A stretch of 64,000 nucleotides of DNA, taken from the NCBI GenBank assembly GCA_965217185.1, contig OZ244252.1:672001-736000 (forward strand), given 5' to 3'. Under the pieces are notes generated by a model. It was given only the letters and a program-made list of their open reading frames with translations, searched no databases and was not told the DNA's origin. The stretch's first letter is position 1. Every line of letters begins with the position of its first letter. Source of the stretch: an uncultured Candidatus Entotheonella sp. (GTDB lineage Bacteria > Tectomicrobia > Entotheonellia > Entotheonellales > Entotheonellaceae). Positions 59,478-64,000 of the stretch are shown here, piece after piece. The position numbers and the translations under genes are program-made.

Positions 59478-61594
59478 AGTTTGGTTCCTCCCTCTGCCTG
59501 GGGCGACAGACGTTCAAGAACGAGGTAGTTGAGCGGGTGCACCTGGGCGCGAAACCGGCTGCTGACGACGGTGGAGGTGTCGTCTTCGACGATCACCGCG
59601 GGGCCGTTGATCTGCGCGCCCGGCGATAGGTCTTGGCGTTGATAAACCGGGGCGGTGAGAGTCTCACCGGTGACCGTATCGACGAGGCGGCGTTGGCCGC
59701 TGGGCGGCGGGGGAGCAGTGGGTTGAGTCAGCTCGACGACCGGAACGGGTACTTCGTCGGCGGTGCTGACCAGCAGGACCCAGGTGAGAATTTCCACCTC
59801 GAGGTGTGGGATGCTGCGCTCGTAAAGCCGTCGGTACTCGTCCTCGAACGCCGCCATCAGGACATCGGGCGCGTTGGGCTCCAGGCGCGGGGTGTGAATG
59901 CGCACCGGCAGCTCGACGCCGACCTCGTGGCCTTGGCCGACGTAACGCATGAACGCCGTGCGGGTTTCGCTCAACGGTCGGCCGGCGGCGCCGGCCTCGA
60001 CCACCGCGAGGGCTTCGGTGCGCATGGCGTCCAGCAGGGTGTTGGCGCCGTCGATGTCGAGCGACGTGACGCGCTGGTAAAAGCTGCGGGTCACCTCGTA
60101 CGAAACCGGCGCCCGCAGAAAGCCGATGGCGGAGCCCACACCGGCCTCGGGCGGGATGACGACGCGCCGCACGTTCAGCTTCTCTGCGAGGCGCGCGGCG
60201 TGCAGCGGGGCGGCGCCGCCAAAGGCGATGAGGGTGCGGTTTTCCACCATTCGGCCGCTTTCGATGGCGTGCACGCGCGAGGCGTTGGCCATGTTCTCGC
60301 CCACCATTTCCGACACCCCGAGGGCGGCCCCGCCGGCGTCGAGGTCCAGCCGCTTGCCCACGCCATTCACCAGGGCGTCGGCGGCTTTGTCGCGGTCCAG
60401 CACGATGCGCCCGCCGGCGAACTGTTGCGGGTCGATGCGCCCGAGGACGACGTCGGCATCGGTGACGGTCGGGTGCTCGCCGCCGCGGTCGTAGCAGGCC
60501 GGGCCGGGTTCCGAGCCGGCGCTTTCCGGCCCCACGGCGACCCGCCCCAGAGCGTCGAGCGTGGCGATGGAGCCGCCGCCGGCGCCGATCTCGACCATCT
60601 GAATGACCGGAATGCGCAGCGGGATGCCGCTGCCCTGCAGGAATCGGTAGACGCGCGCCACCTCGAAGCTGCGCGAGGTTTGCGGGGCGCCGTCGTCGAT
60701 CAGGCAGATTTTGGCGGTAGTGCCGCCCATGTCGTAGGACAGCACGGCGTCCAGCCCGAGTTGGCGGGCGATGTGACTGGCGAAAATGGCCCCGCCGGCC
60801 GGGCCGGATTCAACCAGCCGTACGGGGAAGCGGACGGCGGTTTCGAGGGTGGTGATGCCGCCGCCGGACAGCATGAGATAGAGCGGGCAGCGCAGCCCGG
60901 CATCGGCCAGTTGTTGTTGCAGGCCGCGCAGATGACGGCTCATCAGCGGCTGCACATAAGCGTTGGCGCAGGCGGTTGAGATGCGCTCGTACTCGCGCAT
61001 TTCGGGCGACACCTCGCTGGACAGGGTGACTTCCAGACCGGGCAGGGCGGCCAGCAGGATGTCGCGCGCCCGCTCTTCGTGGGCGTCGTTCATGTAGCTG
61101 TGCAGAAAGCCGATGGCGAGGCTGTGTACGGCCTCCGAACGCAGGCGGGGAATCAGGGCTTCGACGTCGGCCTCGACCAGCGGCAGCAGCACCTCGCCGC
61201 GGGCGTTGAGGCGCTCGCGCACCGGCAGGCGCAGCCGACGCGGCACCAGCGGGGTGGGCAGGTCGATGTCGAGATCGTACTGCTCATAGCGGTTCTCATT
61301 GCGCATCTCGATCACGTCACGGAAGCCTTCGGTGGTTATCAGCGCCGTCGCCGACCCCTTTTGCTCGATCAGCAAATTGGTGGCCAGGGTGGTGCCGTAA
61401 ATCACCGTGGTGACGGCCTGCGGTTGAACGCCGGCGCGTTGCAGCACCTCGTGCACGCCCCGCAGCACGCCATGTTCCGGCGCCTCGGAGGTGGTCAGCG
61501 TTTTGGCGGTATGGAAGGCGCTGCCGATTTCCAGTGCCACGTCCGTGAACGTGCCGCCGATGTCCACCGCCAGCCTGATTTCTTCTGCCGCCAT
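59474..61594 (-). CDS. Hydantoinase A/oxoprolinase family protein
   Basis: DIGGTFTD, GTTLATN, ESGPAGG, DMGGTT, IGAGGGS, SAGSEPGPACY. Confidence 0.93.
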   Translation of the reverse strand: MAAEEIRLAVDIGGTFTDVALEIGSAFHTAKTLTTSEAPEHGVLRGVHEVLQRAGVQPQAVTTVIYGTTLATNLLIEQKGSATALITTEGFRDVIEMRNENRYEQYDLDIDLPTPLVPRRLRLPVRERLNARGEVLLPLVEADVEALIPRLRSEAVHSLAIGFLHSYMNDAHEERARDILLAALPGLEVTLSSEVSPEMREYERISTACANAYVQPLMSRHLRGLQQQLADAGLRCPLYLMLSGGGITTLETAVRFPVRLVESGPAGGAIFASHIARQLGLDAVLSYDMGGTTAKICLIDDGAPQTSRSFEVARVYRFLQGSGIPLRIPVIQMVEIGAGGGSIATLDALGRVAVGPESAGSEPGPACYDRGGEHPTVTDADVVLGRIDPQQFAGGRIVLDRDKAADALVNGVGKRLDLDAGGAALGVSEMVGENMANASRVHAIESGRMVENRTLIAFGGAAPLHAARLAEKLNVRRVVIPPEAGVGSAIGFLRAPVSYEVTRSFYQRVTSLDIDGANTLLDAMRTEALAVVEAGAAGRPLSETRTAFMRYVGQGHEVGVELPVRIHTPRLEPNAPDVLMAAFEDEYRRLYERSIPHLEVEILTWVLLVSTADEVPVPVVELTQPTAPPPPSGQRRLVDTVTGETLTAPVYQRQDLSPGAQINGPAVIVEDDTSTVVSSRFRAQVHPLNYLVLERLSPQAEGGTKL

Positions 61595-61611
61595 AATTTG
61601 TACCTGTGGGA

Positions 61612-61806
61612 TCAGCCGATTTCGAGAAACAGCTTGCGGAGGGCGGGAAAGCGGTCGGCGGACTGGTTGCGCAGCACTCGCATCACAACGGCGCGTGCGG
61701 CGAACCACAGCAGCACCAGACCGATGCCCAGCAACGCCATCAGAGCGCCGAACCCGAAAAGCCATTTGAGAACGACGAATACGTCGTGTAAAGCTGTCAG
61801 AATCAT
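61612..61806 (-). CDS. Small membrane protein
   Basis: Hydrophobic helix; fills the gap in a co-oriented operon. Confidence 0.5.
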   Translation of the reverse strand: MILTALHDVFVVLKWLFGFGALMALLGIGLVLLWFAARAVVMRVLRNQSADRFPALRKLFLEIG

Positions 61807-61830
61807 TCTCAATCCTTTAGTCGTAACGCC

Positions 61831-62376
61831 TTACCCGGCTGTAAAACGATCCGTCTGCTGCAACAGACGATGAATGGCTCCTGCCTTGCGGCGCAGGTCG
61901 TCCCCCTCGTTTCTGCTTTGCGCCGACACGTCATACGTCAGGTCCGCAACGGCGTGATAGTGCTCGCGCCGCTCTTCCCACACCTGGGCAATTTCCGTTT
62001 CCGCGGGCCCCTGTCTGGTGAGGGACGGGCGGTGGCTGTGGCGGACGATGCGCGCTGCCAATACCGCCAAGTCGCAGACGAGCAGAACCACGATGCTGTG
62101 TTCCTTGAGGACCCGTGCGTTCTCCTCGTTGATCAGGGCGCCGCCGCCGACCGCGATGACGTGTTGGTGGAACTTGGCCGCGCCGGCCACGACTTGGCGT
62201 TCCAGGTTGCGAAAATGGTCCCAGCCGTACTGCGCCACGATATCGTTGATGGACATGCCGGCGCGGCGCACGATGTCTTTGTCGGTGTCGCGGAAACCGT
62301 AGCCCAACAGGCGGGCGAGGGCTCTGCCGAGGGTGCTTTTGCCGGTGCCGCGCAGGCCGGTCAGGACGACGTTCAC
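61831..62376 (-). CDS. aroK: Shikimate kinase
   Basis: GLRGTGKST, DTD, FRNLE, GGG, RPSL; adjacent to aroA. Confidence 0.9.
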   Translation of the reverse strand: MNVVLTGLRGTGKSTLGRALARLLGYGFRDTDKDIVRRAGMSINDIVAQYGWDHFRNLERQVVAGAAKFHQHVIAVGGGALINEENARVLKEHSIVVLLVCDLAVLAARIVRHSHRPSLTRQGPAETEIAQVWEERREHYHAVADLTYDVSAQSRNEGDDLRRKAGAIHRLLQQTDRFTAG

Positions 62377-62379
62377 GCC

Positions 62380-63669
62380 TCACACCTTCTCGACGGATAT
62401 GCCGACGTGTTGCAGATCGTCCCAGAAGCCGGGGTAGGTTTTGGCCACGCAGCCCGGCTCGCGGATGCGGATGCCCGGCAGGCGGGCGCCGGCCATGCCG
62501 AAGCACATGGCCATGCGGTGGTCGTCGTAGGTATCGATTTCGGCCCCATGCAGGGTGTCAGGGTTGCCGTCGATGTGCAAGCCGTCGGGCAATTCCGTCA
62601 CCGCGGCGCCGATTTTGCGCAACTCGGTGGCCAAGGCCCGCAGTCGGTCGGTTTCCTTCACGCGCAGGTTGGCGATGTTGCACAGGCGCGTTTCGCCCTG
62701 GCAGAAGGCGGCGAGCACGGCGACCGTCATGGCGGCGTCGGGCAGGGCGTTGAGGTCGATGTCGCCGAGCGGCTTTAGCTGCTGCGGTCCCGCAACGTGC
62801 CATCCCTGGCGCCGCGACACGGTGCAGCCCATGCGCTCCAGCACCTGCAGGAAACGGGTGTCGCCCTGCACCGAGTCGGGCGGTACGTTGGTCACGCACA
62901 TGGTTTGCCCGAGCAGGGCGGCGAGGCCCCAGAAATAGCTGGCCGATGAGGCATCGCCCTCAATGGCGTAGTCACGGGCCGCGTACACTTGTTGGCCCGG
63001 AATGCGAAACAGCCGGTAATCGTCGTGCGCCACTTCGACGCCAAAGCGCGCCATGATGTCCAGGGTCAGGTCGACGTAGGGCACCGACACCAGGGTGTCC
63101 TGCACCTCCAGTGCCACGTCCTGTCGGGCGTAGGGCGCCGCCATCAGCAGGGCCGACAGAAACTGGCTGCTGATGGCGCCCGAGACGGTGGCGCGGCCGC
63201 CTTGCAGGCGCGTGGCGCCGATGCGGACCGGCGGACAGCCGTTGCCGTGCACGCTGCTGACCTCGGCGCCGAGCTGACCGAGGGCGGCGAGCAGGTCGGC
63301 GATGGGGCGCTCCTGCATTCGCTCATTGCCGGTGATGGTGCTGGGGAATCCCGCCAAGGTCATCATGGCGGTCAGGAAGCGGGTCGCGGTGCCGGAATTG
63401 CCGAGGAAAAGGGGTGTGCCGGGGTCGCTGAATTGCCCGCCCAGCCCGTGCACGGTGAAGGCGCCGTCGTCGTGCGTGACCAGGATCCCCAGGCGTTCGA
63501 GGGCCGCGCGGGCAACGCGCGTATCGTCGCTGATCAGGGCGCCGCGCAGGGTGCTCGTACCGTTAGCTACGGCGGCGATGGTCAGGGCGCGGTTGGTATA
63601 GCTCTTGGAGCCGGGAACGGCGTGTTCCGGCGCGATGCCGAGGGTTGGGATAACCTCGATGCGTTCCAT
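62380..63669 (-). CDS. aroA: 3-phosphoshikimate 1-carboxyvinyltransferase
   Basis: PGSKSYTNR, LGNSGTATR, SSQFLS, RVKETDR, DHRMAM. Confidence 0.96.
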   Translation of the reverse strand: MERIEVIPTLGIAPEHAVPGSKSYTNRALTIAAVANGTSTLRGALISDDTRVARAALERLGILVTHDDGAFTVHGLGGQFSDPGTPLFLGNSGTATRFLTAMMTLAGFPSTITGNERMQERPIADLLAALGQLGAEVSSVHGNGCPPVRIGATRLQGGRATVSGAISSQFLSALLMAAPYARQDVALEVQDTLVSVPYVDLTLDIMARFGVEVAHDDYRLFRIPGQQVYAARDYAIEGDASSASYFWGLAALLGQTMCVTNVPPDSVQGDTRFLQVLERMGCTVSRRQGWHVAGPQQLKPLGDIDLNALPDAAMTVAVLAAFCQGETRLCNIANLRVKETDRLRALATELRKIGAAVTELPDGLHIDGNPDTLHGAEIDTYDDHRMAMCFGMAGARLPGIRIREPGCVAKTYPGFWDDLQHVGISVEKV

Positions 63670-63725
63670 GCGCGGCTCGTAGGATGACCCCGGGCGGGAA
63701 ACGATGCCGGAGTGGGGAGGGAAGG

Positions 63726-63800
63726 TACCCCCGAGACGATTCGAACGTCCGACACACGGCTCCGGAGGCCGTTGCTCTATCCATGCTGAGCTACGGGGGC
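63726..63800 (-). tRNA. tRNA-Arg(CCG), CCA not encoded
   Basis: GCCCCCG-TAGCTCAG..GGATAGAGC, anticodon arm ACGGC-CTCCGGA-GCCGT, GTTCGAATC, CGGGGGTA then CCT. Confidence 0.95.
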
Positions 63801-63818
63801 ACGGCTAAACAAAGCCAT

Positions 63819-63848
63819 ACTATAACTGAGTTCGCCGGGCTTGGACAA
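63819..63848 (-). promoter_or_regulatory. Putative sigma70 promoter for the tRNA
   Basis: TTGTCC-18 nt-TATAGT just upstream of the tRNA. Confidence 0.45.
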
Positions 63849-64000
63849 CATCTTTTCTCGGTCTGCGCAAGCGCCGCTGCCGTCATGTTATAGTTCCGCA
63901 CATGTACAGCGACCCAGAGAAAAACTCACGAGGCGTTTCGCCTTCATTCAGCGAAAAACAGAGATTGTGTCATCCTGGCCGCTCGCGGTTTTGGCATTGG

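Noticed and set aside
63726..63800. tRNA as an island attachment site
   Set aside because: No duplicated tRNA 3' end or integrase noticed; the downstream gene is housekeeping aroA

Overview
GC-rich bacterial chromosomal window. Housekeeping and metabolic blocks: a Liv-type ABC transporter with an acyl-CoA ligase, two sugar ABC permeases, gluconolactonase, riboflavin synthase, a DUF35/thiolase/acyl-CoA dehydrogenase cluster, serC-trmB-deoxyhypusine synthase, hydantoinase A/B, aroK-aroA and tRNA-Arg(CCG). These alternate with accessory patches. Patch 1 (14.5-23.7 kb) holds an MmeI-like restriction-modification enzyme, an IS1595 transposase with small coiled-coil genes beside it, an outer-membrane protein gene split by a 191-bp MITE with an 8-bp target duplication, a nucleoside-deoxyribosyltransferase-like protein, and an FRG-TPR gene apparently fused to an antitoxin tail upstream of Doc. 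Patch 2 (37.2-38.7 kb) is a decayed toxin-antitoxin (TA) pair plus a PIN protein. Patch 3 (42.7-57.7 kb) holds Uma2, an HTH-ImmA/IrrE-ExoI-PD-(D/E)XK operon divergent from a tandem-AAA ATPase and an ADP-ribosylglycohydrolase, an IS, a Fic protein and TbpB-barrel lipoproteins. The best candidate for an undescribed system is the 43.6-50.3 kb locus, a putative ssDNA/DNA-damage-sensing nuclease module. GTAG-type REP repeats are scattered throughout. All calls come from motif recognition by eye; no searches were run. Several single-base frameshifts could be assembly errors.
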